Shown: positions 39,999 to 50,431, counted from the first letter of the stretch. The stretch: DNA of 64,000 nucleotides from an uncultured Verrucomicrobiae bacterium (GCA_963812605.1 CAWEWF010000005.1:256001-320000); one strand, 5' to 3'. Notes: generated by a model not told the origin, from the letters alone. Program-made: numbers and translations.

Positions 39999-41636
39999 CT
40001 ATTGTCCTATATCGATTCGATAAAATTCTGGTGATTGTGTCGCGCCACCGAAATTGGTCAATGTTACCGCGCTACCGGTACCGGTCACTGTCGCGCCGAC
40101 CACGTTGCTCCAGTTGCCCGAAGTCAATGAACTGCGGGATTGAAGTTGATACGATTGGCCGTTCACGGAGGGGGCGGTGACGACAACATTCGAGCCCGTT
40201 AACTGGATAGCGCTGATCTGCGTAAGGGTCGGGTTGGACGAAGCGCTTAGAGCCAGATTATTGTAAAACGCATAGAACTGAGTGCCCGTGCCCCCATTGA
40301 AGTCAAACAGGCGAACCTGGGTAATGGCGGCGCCTGAGATTCCTTCCAACGGAATGCCATTTGTGCGGAAGAAACTCGCGTTCCCATTGAGTTCGTAGAT
40401 GGCCACGTTCATCGTATCTGCGCTCGCGAGGGTGAAGGCGACTTGCAGGCCCGTGCCAGTAAACCCGAGATGAGTATCGATACCCCCCGCGCCATTCGTG
40501 TTCTGAACAATGTAGTCCGTAGTCCCGCCGACAAAGAAGAATTCGACGCGGGAATTGCCACCGGCGTCCTGCAGCGCGAACCCAACCGTGCCACCGCCAT
40601 TGATGAAGCCGTTCTCGAAATCCATCGTAAATGTTTGGCCGATAGAGAGGGGATTGGCAAGGGAGCGATTGGCGCTGGCGGTCTGCCCGTTGCTGGCCGT
40701 CAGACCGAACGCCTGGCCGGTGGTCGGCGAATTGATACCGGCATGACCGGCGCCGCCATTGGTCGTCGAATCACCGAGGAACTCATTGTTCTGGGTAAGA
40801 TCGTTGGTGGTATTGCCGAAACTCCATGCGCCAAAGCCTGCGCCGGCACTGCTGCCATTCGTCCAGCCGTTGGTGTAATTGCCGGCGATATCAAAGCCAC
40901 CAAGCTGGCTGGGCGGCACCGTGAGGGCCAGATTATTGTAGAACGCGTTGTTCGGAGCGCCCCCGCCGGAATTGAAATTAAACAGGCGAACCTGGGCGAT
41001 GGCCGAGCCCAGGGTTCCTTCCAGCGGAATGCCATTGGTAGTGAAGCTGTTCGTGTTCCCATTTAAACCGGTGATGGTCACGTTGATGGAATCGGCACTC
41101 GCGAGCGTGAACGTGAGATGCAGCCCTGTGTCGGTGAAAGGAATGCCTGTTGTAATGCCATTGGTGGTCTGAATTGTGTAGGCGGTTTGCCCGCCGATAA
41201 AGAAAAATTCCAGGCGGTTGTTGCCGGAAGGATCTTGCAATCCGATTCCCACAGTGCCGCCGCCGTTAATAAAGCCGTTTTCAAAATCGATGGAAAACGT
41301 TTGGCCGACGGCGAGCGGGCTGGCGAAAAGCAGCGGACGAGAGGCGCTGGCAGTCTGGCCACTGTTCGCGTAAAGGCCAAATGCCTTGCCGGTGATGGGC
41401 GAGTTGATTCCCGTGCCGTTGGTGTTTCCTCCGTTGTTGGTTGAATCGCCGAGGAACTCGCCATTCTGGCCTGCGTCATTGGTGCTGTTAGCCAGGGTCC
41501 AAGCGGCGAAACCGGTGCCATTATTGCTGCCGCTCACCCAGCCATTGGTGTAATTATCGGCGTTGTCAGAACCCTGGCCCCGTGCCGAAATCGCAGAGAG
41601 TGCAATCATCAAAAGTAGGGCTGAAAATTTTCTCAT
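39999..41636 (-). CDS. Exported Gly/Asn/Thr-rich protein with two tandem ~215-aa domains and a C-terminal surface module
   Basis: Signal peptide MRKFSALLL; repeated NYTNGW..GS..G.GF.AW / GQTF..DFENGFINGGGTVG / FYNNLAL; C-terminal GQSYQLQ...W...FYRI. Confidence 0.85.
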   Translation of the reverse strand: MRKFSALLLMIALSAISARGQGSDNADNYTNGWVSGSNNGTGFAAWTLANSTNDAGQNGEFLGDSTNNGGNTNGTGINSPITGKAFGLYANSGQTASASRPLLFASPLAVGQTFSIDFENGFINGGGTVGIGLQDPSGNNRLEFFFIGGQTAYTIQTTNGITTGIPFTDTGLHLTFTLASADSINVTITGLNGNTNSFTTNGIPLEGTLGSAIAQVRLFNFNSGGGAPNNAFYNNLALTVPPSQLGGFDIAGNYTNGWTNGSSAGAGFGAWSFGNTTNDLTQNNEFLGDSTTNGGAGHAGINSPTTGQAFGLTASNGQTASANRSLANPLSIGQTFTMDFENGFINGGGTVGFALQDAGGNSRVEFFFVGGTTDYIVQNTNGAGGIDTHLGFTGTGLQVAFTLASADTMNVAIYELNGNASFFRTNGIPLEGISGAAITQVRLFDFNGGTGTQFYAFYNNLALSASSNPTLTQISAIQLTGSNVVVTAPSVNGQSYQLQSRSSLTSGNWSNVVGATVTGTGSAVTLTNFGGATQSPEFYRIDIGQ

Positions 41637-41827
41637 TTGGGAGTCTCCTTTCCGTGGAATACGCATGTGAAAGTAAAACGCTTAACTTGGGCATTCAATA
41701 ACGCATTTGGCACATCGCGTCAACACAATTCTGCCTCATCCGGTGGGTCAATCGTCCTTTCACACTTGTCATCGTTTTACACAGCCTGTATAGAAGCTAA
41801 CAGGCTGGTTACGTGGCAGTCTACGTT

Positions 41828-41855
41828 TTGACAAAAAGTTGTGATGTCGTAACAT
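41828..41855 (+). promoter_or_regulatory. Candidate sigma70 promoter for the 41964 gene
   Basis: TTGACA-16 bp-TAACAT. Confidence 0.4.
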
Positions 41856-41963
41856 ATTTGGCAGGAAGCGCCTGCATATAATCAAACGCGCAGTCGCACC
41901 GAGCGCGGTTTATTTCTTGCTAAACATGAAGCTGTTGTAACCCCCTTAAGGAGGAGGGATAAA

Positions 41964-42470
41964 ATGAAGGACAGATTGGAAAACACAAACCCTCTGGCTG
42001 AGTTGATTCGTTCGCAGCGGGAGGAGATTGAAACCTATCGTTGGATCGAAAGTGAGAAGGCAGGTCGGGACATCGGCTGGAAGCGCGCCAGCGAGGAATG
42101 GAAAAGGAGGCATTTAGTGGATTGGAAGCGCTCTCTTCGTGACCGGGGCATCTTGCATCCCCTGTTTGAAGTCCTTTGGTCCCAGCAGCAGGAAATCGAA
42201 AGTTACAAGTGGATTGAGAGCGAGAAGAGAGGTCATGACATCGGCTGGAAGCGCGCTGTGACGGAATGGCAGGACCGGTATTACGGCGAGTGGAAGACGC
42301 ACGTGATGCTCGGCAGTCCTGACCACCCTATCAACGCGAAGGGATTTACATCTTCTTCCGCGATCAGGAAGCCCAAACGTGCCTTCTCCGAGGAGCACCG
42401 CCAGAAACTCGCGCTGGCAATGCAAGCCTGGCATGGGAAGAGGAAATCCAAGGGCGCGGGCAGGATGTAA
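41964..42470 (+). CDS. Tandem DUF4032-like domain protein with a basic C-terminal helix
   Basis: SQ..EIE.Y.WIESEK.G.DIGWKRA..EW occurs twice; tail KPKRAFSEEHRQKLA; strong RBS AAGGAGGAGG. Confidence 0.75.
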   Translation: MKDRLENTNPLAELIRSQREEIETYRWIESEKAGRDIGWKRASEEWKRRHLVDWKRSLRDRGILHPLFEVLWSQQQEIESYKWIESEKRGHDIGWKRAVTEWQDRYYGEWKTHVMLGSPDHPINAKGFTSSSAIRKPKRAFSEEHRQKLALAMQAWHGKRKSKGAGRM

Positions 42471-42511
42471 AGCCCGTGATCCTTATCCATCGCAGGGGTT
42501 GACTACCAGCC

Positions 42512-42970
42512 TTACGCCTTGCCGCCAAAGCTCACGTAATCGTCCAGATCGAGGAGATCGAACCAGCCAAGAATGTCTTCCCGATTCTTGCTGAGCTTCG
42601 CGAGCAAGCCGGTAAAGAACTCGCGCGTTTCCACATCGTTGGGGCCGCGCTGTTCGGCAAACGCGCTCCATTGCGCGATTTGCCAGGGTTGCGGCCTGGT
42701 GGTGGAGTTGGCGTTGATCCACTCCAGGATTTCACTGTCGCCCTTGCCGAGCGCCAACTGTTTCTTGAGGGCGTCACCTTTGATGCCCGCAAACTCCAGC
42801 ACCCGCTGGTCGAGCGGACAATTGAAATTATATTCCCCGTTCTTGCCGGCCAACAACGCCCGGCCTTTGTCGAGACAGCGGGGAAGGATGGCATAGCCGC
42901 CGAGGCGTACTCGCGGGCTGCGCGGCGGATGTTGTGTGAGATCAGGCGCATGGATGTTCTTCGATTTCAT
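42512..42970 (-). CDS. DUF5069 domain protein
   Basis: PDLTQHPPRSPRVRLGGY..LPR.LDKGRA...GEY.FNCPLD...WFDLLDLDD. Confidence 0.85.
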   Translation of the reverse strand: MKSKNIHAPDLTQHPPRSPRVRLGGYAILPRCLDKGRALLAGKNGEYNFNCPLDQRVLEFAGIKGDALKKQLALGKGDSEILEWINANSTTRPQPWQIAQWSAFAEQRGPNDVETREFFTGLLAKLSKNREDILGWFDLLDLDDYVSFGGKA

Positions 42971-43027
42971 AATTCTACTCTCGTGCTTGGTGTGGGATGT
43001 GCGGTTACGGCAATCGGTTTCAGAAAG

Positions 43028-43060
43028 AAAAAGAGCGCCCCGAATTGGGACGCTCTTTTT
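43028..43060. terminator. Intrinsic terminator downstream of the RRM gene, possibly bidirectional
   Basis: AAAAAGAGCG-CCC...GGG-CGCTCTTTTT hairpin with A and T tails. Confidence 0.8.
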
Positions 43061-43084
43061 GTGAACCTTCGTTCGGCTGTCGAA

Positions 43085-43405
43085 TTAACGACGGCTGAAT
43101 TCACGCTTGCCGCCGCGACCGCCGCCACCACCGCCGAAGTCGCCACGAGGACGCTCTTCACGGGGTTTGGCTTCGTTGACGGTCAACGCGCGACCGTCCA
43201 ATTCCTTGCCGTTGAAATCGGTGATGGCCTTGGTGGCCTCTTCCTGCGTGCCCATCTGGACGAACGCAAATCCGCGGGACTTGCCCGTGAACTTATCCAT
43301 GATGAGTTCGCAGCTGCTGACGTTACCGGCCTGCTTGAACAGGTCGAGGATGTCGCCTTCAGTGGTATTGAACGATAGGTTGCCTACGAATAGCTTGGTA
43401 GCCAT
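43085..43405 (-). CDS. RRM-domain RNA-binding protein with a Gly-rich tail
   Basis: RNP2 LFVGNL, RNP1 RGFAFVQM, TVNEAKP and GGGGGGRGG. Confidence 0.95.
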   Translation of the reverse strand: MATKLFVGNLSFNTTEGDILDLFKQAGNVSSCELIMDKFTGKSRGFAFVQMGTQEEATKAITDFNGKELDGRALTVNEAKPREERPRGDFGGGGGGRGGKREFSRR

Positions 43406-43652
43406 TGAGTTGTTTATTCTTTCTGCTGCGGAAGGTGGTCTCAGTGACTGTTCCCGTTTTCGGGTTTCGGACTGTCACCGAGCTACGTGGCCTGACTGAC
43501 AATCTACCAATCTCACTGCGGACTGCATCTCTCTGCTAGCGACGGAACGATACACCAAGGCGCAGCGATTGCAAGAACAACTTACAGCCAGCTCTGGAAA
43601 CCGCGAAATGCGGTGCTGCAAGATATTGTGGCTGTGAGGGTAACATCTTCGC

Positions 43653-44303
43653 TCACGAGGGTTGCGTAGCGGGTAGCCAACCGAGACTCTCAAAGCGCAG
43701 GTACAACTCGCGGCAGGCCCACGCGTCTGTCGCGGCGTAGAGTTGCTGCTTCGGCGAAAGGGTCGGCTGCGACCAATTCGACGTTTGCGGGCCTTTCGTG
43801 ATGCGACCGCCAAGGAACAATCCCGTCAGGTTGCGCAGACCGGTTTGCGCCATCCCACGGCGCTTGGCGATATCGCCGAGATCGACCACATTCGCGGGTG
43901 TGAACGTAAATAGCTTTTGCAGTTCCAAGAGATCGCGCCCTAAAGCCACACCGGCCTTGATGATCTGTGCGTTCCCGAACACTTCCGCGAGCGGCTGCGA
44001 GAAATCCTGCCGTGCGAGCGGAAACAGGTGCACGGCGTGTCCCGTCGCGAGCTGCACGAGGCTGGGAGCATGGAGCTGACCTTTGCGAAACGTTGGACGC
44101 GTCTCTGTATCGAAGCCCACCACGCGCTCGGAGCGGATCTCCTGCAAGGCGCGACGCAGACCGTCTTCCGTTTCAATGAAATGAATCGCGCCGCGATATC
44201 GCACAATCGGGAGCTGCATCAATTCCTCGTGCGGAATCGTGCGGCGCGACGCAGGCTCGTCGGTCTTGGTAACCGGAGGATGTTTGTCGTCGGTCATCGG
44301 CAA
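43653..44303 (-). CDS. 3'-5' exonuclease, DEDDy (WRN/RNase D-like)
   Basis: VGFDTET, VQLAT, SNW and YAATDAW motifs. Confidence 0.9.
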   Translation of the reverse strand: MPMTDDKHPPVTKTDEPASRRTIPHEELMQLPIVRYRGAIHFIETEDGLRRALQEIRSERVVGFDTETRPTFRKGQLHAPSLVQLATGHAVHLFPLARQDFSQPLAEVFGNAQIIKAGVALGRDLLELQKLFTFTPANVVDLGDIAKRRGMAQTGLRNLTGLFLGGRITKGPQTSNWSQPTLSPKQQLYAATDAWACRELYLRFESLGWLPATQPS

Positions 44304-44370
44304 GGCGTCACGTTACTTCATGCAACCGACAAGCGTCGAGCGGATTTCCAAAAATGGCGGTCACGGTTGC

Positions 44371-44673
44371 CTAAAAGCGGCCCTCCCAGTGCCGGTCGTC
44401 CTGCTTGGTGTGGGTCACCGCAAGAATGGTGATCACATCGTCATCGACCATGAAGACGATGCGGTAAGGGAAGCGATGTGCCAGCACCCACCGCACGCGA
44501 TATCTTGTGTGGCGAATCCGGTACAGAAGGGGGTTTACTTGAAGCGATCGGACATTCCGCCGGAGCTCTTCGACAAGCTTTGCACTCAAGCCCGGTTGCT
44601 GGCGTTCGTACCAATCGACCGCTTTGAGAATGTCTGTGGTAACTTCGGGACGGGCGCTGAGCCGGTACGTCAT
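44371..44673 (-). CDS. RelE/ParE family toxin
   Basis: DWYERQQPGL...NPLLY...RFPYRIVF...ILAVTH. Confidence 0.88.
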   Translation of the reverse strand: MTYRLSARPEVTTDILKAVDWYERQQPGLSAKLVEELRRNVRSLQVNPLLYRIRHTRYRVRWVLAHRFPYRIVFMVDDDVITILAVTHTKQDDRHWEGRF

Positions 44674-44903
44674 TTGCCGAAGCGAGCGATTAGTTTCGCT
44701 TCAACATCTTCCCACGGAACGGCCGCCTCAGGATTCTGACGGTGCGCTTCGAGACGGGATTCGATCAGACGTTGTTCCTCGTCAGTAAGATCGGCGGCTT
44801 CAAACCAACCCTCTCCTTCAAGCTGCAAAAGTCTCTCGAGGATCTCCTGACGCTCCTTGGCGCTGAGGGTGGGCAATACCTGTAGGATTTCCGTTTTGCT
44901 CAT
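44670..44903 (-). CDS. Putative addiction-module antitoxin
   Basis: LS..ER..I...LTDEEQRLIESRLEAHRQNPEAAVPWEDV; ATGA overlap with the toxin. Confidence 0.85.
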   Translation of the reverse strand: MSKTEILQVLPTLSAKERQEILERLLQLEGEGWFEAADLTDEEQRLIESRLEAHRQNPEAAVPWEDVEAKLIARFGK

Positions 44904-44954
44904 GGGTACAAAGTAGGTGAAAACCGACTGATTTGCAATGCACAGTGTTCGCGA

Positions 44955-45837
44955 TCATTTCATCAGCTTGACGAGTGTCTCGCCCATTTCGGCGGGGGTC
45001 TTGGCGATGGCGATGCCACAGGCTTCGAGGGCTTTGATCTTGTCCGCGGCGGAACCGCTACCGCCGCTGATGATCGCGCCCGCGTGACCCATGCGACGGC
45101 CTTTGGGAGCGGTCGCGCCCGCGATGAAGGCGGCGACAGGCTTGGTGAAGTGTTCCTTGATCCACAACGCCGCTTCTTCCTCCGCGTTGCCGCCGATTTC
45201 GCCGATAACGATGACGGCTTCCGTCTGCGGGTCGGTTTCAAACATTTCCAGCAGATCGATGAAGTCGAGACCCTTGACGGGATCGCCGCCGATCCCGATG
45301 CAGGTGGACTGGCCGATGCCGCGCGAACTGAGTTGCCACACCGCTTCATACGTGAGCGTGCCGCTGCGCGAGATCACGCCGACCGGGCCGGTTTTGTGGA
45401 TATAGCCCGGGCATGATGCCGATTTTGCAGGCTCCCGGTGTAATGATACCGGGGCAATTCGGGCCAATGAGTTTCACGTCCGTGCCTTGCAACGCGCGTT
45501 TCACGCGCACCATGTCGATCACGGGAATGCCCTCAGTAATTGCGATGATCAACGGAATGCCCGCGTCCGCTGCCTCGAGAATCGCGTCGGCTGCAAACGG
45601 CGCGGGCACAAAGATACAAGAGACATTCGCTGCCGTCTCGCGCACGGCCTCGCTGACAGTGTTGAAAACGGGAATCTTCTGCAAGTCGAGTTCAATGGTT
45701 TCCCCGCCACGGCCCGGCGTGACGCCGCCAACGAGTTTGGTCCCGTACTTGAGACATTGTTCCGCGTGGAATTTGCCCGCGGTGCCGGTGATGCCCTGGA
45801 CGATCAGCCGCGTATTCTGGTCGACCAGAATGCTCAT
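44955..45837 (-). CDS. sucD: Succinyl-CoA synthetase alpha subunit; frameshift near 45410
   Basis: [31 protein letters not shown] and RMGHAGA motifs. Confidence 0.95.
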
Positions 45838-46037
45838 GATCGCACCGTGGTGTGTTTCTCATGTACGACGGCCATCAGGCCGCCGATGCGAAAGCTGGAG
45901 CTTTTCCATTGGAAGGTCTCGACGGAAGTGTCGTGCAGCGCTTCCTCGTACTCCTGCAGAAACCCGTCGACTTCGTTATCGGGGATATCAACCACCAATG
46001 CGTGCTGGACGTTTTCGTAGTAAAGATAGAGTTTCAT
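45834..46037 (-). CDS. Small acidic hypothetical protein inside the suc operon
   Basis: 67-aa ORF, 2 bp after the VOC gene, ATGA overlap with sucD. Confidence 0.65.
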   Translation of the reverse strand: MKLYLYYENVQHALVVDIPDNEVDGFLQEYEEALHDTSVETFQWKSSSFRIGGLMAVVHEKHTTVRS

Positions 46038-46039
46038 GT

Positions 46040-46393
46040 TCAGGACTTCCGCTTGTGAATGATAATTTTATTGCCATCGGGGTCGCCAATCATCGCGAAC
46101 CGGCACACAGGCGTATCCATTATTTCCATCAGGACCATCACATTCCGCGCCTTCAACCGTGACAGCTCCTCATCGAGATTGTCGACTTCGAACCCGACTG
46201 TTGTTCCTTGAGCCGAGGGCTCCCAGCCAGGATAGGAACCGATTCCCAAGGTACCCGCGCCGATATCGTATTCGATCCACTTGCCGCCCGCAGACTCCAT
46301 GGTTTTCTTGAGTCCAAGAACGTCCTCATAGAAAGCGCGAGCGCGCGCCATGTCGGTCACGGGAATGCCGGTAAATGCGATCTCAGTAATCAT
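46040..46393 (-). CDS. VOC/glyoxalase family protein
   Basis: [24 protein letters not shown] and DPDGN motifs. Confidence 0.9.
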   Translation of the reverse strand: MITEIAFTGIPVTDMARARAFYEDVLGLKKTMESAGGKWIEYDIGAGTLGIGSYPGWEPSAQGTTVGFEVDNLDEELSRLKARNVMVLMEIMDTPVCRFAMIGDPDGNKIIIHKRKS

Positions 46394-46396
46394 GGT

Positions 46397-47557
46397 TCAC
46401 TTCGCGGCCTGGACGATTTTCTGCGCGGCATCGGCCATCGAGTCCGCGGGAATGATGGCGAGGCCGCTCTCTTTCAAAATCTTTTTACCCAATTCGACGT
46501 TGGTGCCCTCGAGGCGGACGACCAGCGGCACGCTGACGTTTACCTGCTTGACGGCGGTGAGAATGCCATTGGCGATCACGTCGCATTTCATGATGCCGCC
46601 GAAGATATTGACGAGGATGCCTTTGACGTTCTTGTCGGAAACCAGGATCTTGAAGGCCTCGGTGACCTGTTCGGTGGTCGCCCCGCCGCCGACATCGAGG
46701 AAGTTGGCCGGCGAACCGCCGTAGTACTTGATGATGTCCATCGTGGCCATTGCGAGGCCGGCGCCGTTCACCATGCAGGCGATATTGCCGTCGAGACCGA
46801 TGTAATTGAGGCCGAACTTGCTTGCCTCGACTTCGCGCGCGTCTTCCTCATGGATATCGCGCATGGCGAGGATGTCCTTGTGGCGAAAGAGAGCATTATC
46901 GTCGAAATTCATCTTGGCATCGAGCGCCATCACGCGGTCATGCTGGTCGATGATCAGCGGATTGATCTCGATGAGCGATGCGTCCGTTTCGACGAAGGCG
47001 CGATAGACCCCCAGGATGAGATTCACGGTGGCCTGTAAATGATTGCCGCCGAGGCCGAGCGCATAGGCAATCTTGCGGGCCTGGTAGGGCTGCATGCCGA
47101 CCGCGGGATCGACAGGTTCCTTGAGAATTTTCTCCGGTGTCTGCGCGGCGACGGCCTCGATATCCATCCCGCCTTCCGTGCTGGCAAGGAAAGACGGGCG
47201 CGCAATGGCGCGGTCGATCAAAATGCTCAGGTAAAGTTCGCGTTTCGGAATGCTGCCTGCTTCGATGAGCACTTTGCGGACTTCTTTACCTCGCGGACCT
47301 GTTTGGTGCGTGACCAGAATCTTGCCGATGAGTTCGCGCGTGGCCTTCAGCACTTCCTCGGGCGTTTTGACGACCTTGATGCCGCCGGCCTTGCCGCGGC
47401 CGCCGGCGTGGATTTGCGATTTCACGGCAAAAACATCCGCCTTCAGCGAGCGCGCGATTTTCTCGGCTTCCTCCCGCGCGAAAGCCACCGCGCCTTCGGG
47501 CACGGGCACGCCGAAACGACGAAGGATTTCCTTGGCCTGGTATTCGTGGATATTCAT
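46397..47557 (-). CDS. sucC: Succinyl-CoA synthetase beta subunit
   Basis: [37 protein letters not shown] and [10 protein letters not shown] motifs. Confidence 0.97.
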   Translation of the reverse strand: MNIHEYQAKEILRRFGVPVPEGAVAFAREEAEKIARSLKADVFAVKSQIHAGGRGKAGGIKVVKTPEEVLKATRELIGKILVTHQTGPRGKEVRKVLIEAGSIPKRELYLSILIDRAIARPSFLASTEGGMDIEAVAAQTPEKILKEPVDPAVGMQPYQARKIAYALGLGGNHLQATVNLILGVYRAFVETDASLIEINPLIIDQHDRVMALDAKMNFDDNALFRHKDILAMRDIHEEDAREVEASKFGLNYIGLDGNIACMVNGAGLAMATMDIIKYYGGSPANFLDVGGGATTEQVTEAFKILVSDKNVKGILVNIFGGIMKCDVIANGILTAVKQVNVSVPLVVRLEGTNVELGKKILKESGLAIIPADSMADAAQKIVQAAK

Positions 47558-47575
47558 GAAGTTATCGGCTCCGGG

Positions 47576-48697
47576 TCAGCGCTGGTCGATGGGCACGACC
47601 TTCAACCCCTCCGGGCCCGTGTACTCGCTGAGGGGACGGATGAGGCGATTGTCGGCCAATTGCTCCAGCACATGTGCCGTCCAGCCCGCCATGCGCGCGA
47701 TGGCGAAGATCGGCGTGAAGAGGTCGGTCGGGATGCCGAGGCTGTAGTAGACCGTGGCGGAGTAGAAATCGACATTGGCATTGAGATTTTTTTCCTGCTT
47801 CATGATCGAGGCGATGCGTTCGCTCATGCGCAGCCATTTCGGCTCGCCGACTTTCGCGGAAAGTTGTTCCGCCAGGCGCTTTAAGTGCGGCGCGCGCGGG
47901 TCGAGCGTCTTGTAAACGCGATGACCGATGCCCATGATACGCTTCTTATTGGCCAACGCGCTGCGAACATAGTCGTCCACCCGGCTTTCGTCGCCGATTT
48001 CCTGGAGCATGTGAATCACGCCCTCGTTGGCGCCGCCATGCAGCGGACCCTTCAGGGTGCCGATGGCACTGGTGATCGCGGAATACATATCCGACAGAGT
48101 GGCGATGGTCACGCGCGCGGAAAATGTCGAGGCGTTGAAGGCGTGCTCGGCGTGCAGCACGAACGCCATGTCCATCGTCGCGGCAGCTTCGTCGCTCGGG
48201 GGTTCGCCATTGAGCATGTTGAGAAAGTTGGCCGCGGAATTCAGCTTGTGCGACGGCGCGACCGGCGGTTTGCCGGAGCGGATGCGATGGAAATAGGCCG
48301 TGATGACCGGCAACTGCGCCGTCAACTGCACGGCCTTGCGCCGATTCGCTTGTGGCGTGTTGAGGTCGGCATCGGGATCGAGGGTGCCGAGCATGGAGAC
48401 CGCCGTGCGCAGGACGTGCATGGGCGGCGCGTTCCTGGGAAGCAGATGCAGCAAATCGACGACTGCCTTCGGCAGCGGCCGGGCAGCGATCAATTCGCCT
48501 TCCAACTGCTCCAGTTCCTTGCGATTGGGAAGGCGACCTTCCCAGAGGAGATGGATGACTTCCTCGAAACAGACCTTTCCCGCCAGTTCGTTGATGTCGT
48601 ACCCGTAATAAATGAGCTGGCCGATGTCCCCGCGCACGTCGCCGATACGGGTCTGGGCCACCGCAATTCCTTCGAGACCTTTTGTGACAATAGGCAT
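47576..48697 (-). CDS. gltA: Citrate synthase, short type (2-methylcitrate synthase not excluded)
   Basis: KGLEGI, HAEHAFNASTF, GPLHGGANE, GIGHRVYK..DPR and NVDFYS motifs; ATG 48697. Confidence 0.88.
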   Translation of the reverse strand: MPIVTKGLEGIAVAQTRIGDVRGDIGQLIYYGYDINELAGKVCFEEVIHLLWEGRLPNRKELEQLEGELIAARPLPKAVVDLLHLLPRNAPPMHVLRTAVSMLGTLDPDADLNTPQANRRKAVQLTAQLPVITAYFHRIRSGKPPVAPSHKLNSAANFLNMLNGEPPSDEAAATMDMAFVLHAEHAFNASTFSARVTIATLSDMYSAITSAIGTLKGPLHGGANEGVIHMLQEIGDESRVDDYVRSALANKKRIMGIGHRVYKTLDPRAPHLKRLAEQLSAKVGEPKWLRMSERIASIMKQEKNLNANVDFYSATVYYSLGIPTDLFTPIFAIARMAGWTAHVLEQLADNRLIRPLSEYTGPEGLKVVPIDQR

Positions 48698-48893
48698 GTA
48701 TTTTCCTTGTCCAGTGCGATTGAACCGACTCGCGGAGGGCGCCACGGATTGACAGCCACACTTCTCGCGCCGCGCAGTTAATCTATGGACGCGCGCCCGT
48801 AGCGTCAAGGAAAAGTGGAATTCATTGCGCAACGATGGACGAGCCCTACGGCATATCCATTTGCCTTGAAATTGCGCGCCGTTTTATGCGACG

Positions 48894-49943
48894 TTGCGCG
48901 GGGAAGGAACAACCTTTTTGCGCTTGGCTGACAGATCATTTTCATGGAGCATTTTTGTTCTCGGGCTGGTCTGCGCGAGCGCGGCGTTCGCCCAGCCGAC
49001 GACGCTGAAGGCCTATCGCTACGGCAACACCTACTATATCGCCGCCGGCGATGTGGCGTATTACTACGGGCTCGGGCCGGAGGCCCGCGGCGTGGTCAAT
49101 CGCGCCGAATACAAGACGGGTTTCGCGCAACTCGAAATCGAAGTTGACCGCCGCGACATCCTGGTCAATGGCGTGAACCACTGGCTCTCCACGCCGATTC
49201 TGGCCACGCGCGGCAAGCTCTGGATATCCGAGATCGACGTTTTGAAGACCCTCGATCCCGTGCTGCAGCCCGAGCGGTTGCGAAAACCCGGCAGGTCGGT
49301 CCGCACCATTGTGATCGATCCGGGACATGGCGGCAGCGATCGCGGGACGCGCGGGCGGTCAAGTTTCGAGAAGGAGATGACCCTCGACCTGGCGAAGCGC
49401 CTCGAGCGCAACCTGGCCGGCAGCGGCGTCCGGATCTTGCTGACGCGCACGGTCGACAAGACCGTGGCGCTGGAAGACCGGGTGGCGTTTGCGAAGGCGA
49501 AGGGAGCCGACCTGTTCGTGAGCCTTCATTTTAATTCAGGCGGCAGCGCCGAGGGAATTGAGACGTACTGCACACCTCCTGCCGGGGCGACGTCAACGGC
49601 GGACTCTCGCGCGGATAGCGGCGACCGCGACGCGGTGCCAAGCAATCGCTTTGACGACCAGAACGTGTGGCTGGCGCATTGCGCGCAGAAAGCGGCGTTG
49701 CGGGCGACACGGGCGGTGGATCGAGGTGTGCGGCGGGCACGGTTCTATGTGTTGCGGTATGCGACTTGTCCGTCGATTTTGATTGAGGCCGGATTTTTGT
49801 CGAACCCCGCCGAGGAGCGGCGCATCCTGCAGGGCGATTATCGTGAGATGCTGGCAAAAGGCATTGCGGGTGGCATCTTGACGTACAAGAGAACGTTGGA
49901 AACGCCCCCGGGGGTTGTTGGCGCATCGGATCGAATCAAATGA
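48894..49943 (+). CDS. N-acetylmuramoyl-L-alanine amidase (Amidase_3)
   Basis: IDPGHGG.D, FVSLHFN, F.VLR and LIEAGFLSN motifs. Confidence 0.92.
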   Translation: MRGEGTTFLRLADRSFSWSIFVLGLVCASAAFAQPTTLKAYRYGNTYYIAAGDVAYYYGLGPEARGVVNRAEYKTGFAQLEIEVDRRDILVNGVNHWLSTPILATRGKLWISEIDVLKTLDPVLQPERLRKPGRSVRTIVIDPGHGGSDRGTRGRSSFEKEMTLDLAKRLERNLAGSGVRILLTRTVDKTVALEDRVAFAKAKGADLFVSLHFNSGGSAEGIETYCTPPAGATSTADSRADSGDRDAVPSNRFDDQNVWLAHCAQKAALRATRAVDRGVRRARFYVLRYATCPSILIEAGFLSNPAEERRILQGDYREMLAKGIAGGILTYKRTLETPPGVVGASDRIK

Positions 49944-50431
49944 AAATGATCACCTTCGCTGTTGGCCTCGCAGTATTCGCCTCCGCCTGCAATTACAGCC
50001 ACGTCGGGCCCGCCAGCACGACATTCCACCGGCTGGCGCCGCCCTTGGGCGAGGCTCCAAATGAAACGGCGGGCGGCCCGATCGTCTTACGGCTCACCCG
50101 CCACCTCGATACGGTGACCCACGCGCCCGACGTTGACGAAGATCAACTTCTTATCCTTACGGTACAGGACTTTCGCATTGGCCAGAAACTCAAGATCCCT
50201 TCGGAAAATGTGACACCTGAATTCACCGTCACCCGTTTTGGGCCCGGCTCGTTGGGAGACACCTTCGTCGGCTACCTGATCGTGAGAAAAGTCAGCGCGA
50301 CCAAGGTGGATGCGTCGTTGCACCTCGACGTGACCGCCCACACCCGATCTGGTTCCTACACGCAAACCGCCAAATTCCATGGTAACTACAGTTTTGTGTA
50401 TCGGACCTCTGACGACGATTCGGCGCCATGA
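49940..50431 (+). CDS. Putative lipoprotein
   Basis: MKMITFAVGLAVFASAC lipobox-like N-terminus; overlaps both neighbours by 4 bp. Confidence 0.65.
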   Translation: MKMITFAVGLAVFASACNYSHVGPASTTFHRLAPPLGEAPNETAGGPIVLRLTRHLDTVTHAPDVDEDQLLILTVQDFRIGQKLKIPSENVTPEFTVTRFGPGSLGDTFVGYLIVRKVSATKVDASLHLDVTAHTRSGSYTQTAKFHGNYSFVYRTSDDDSAP

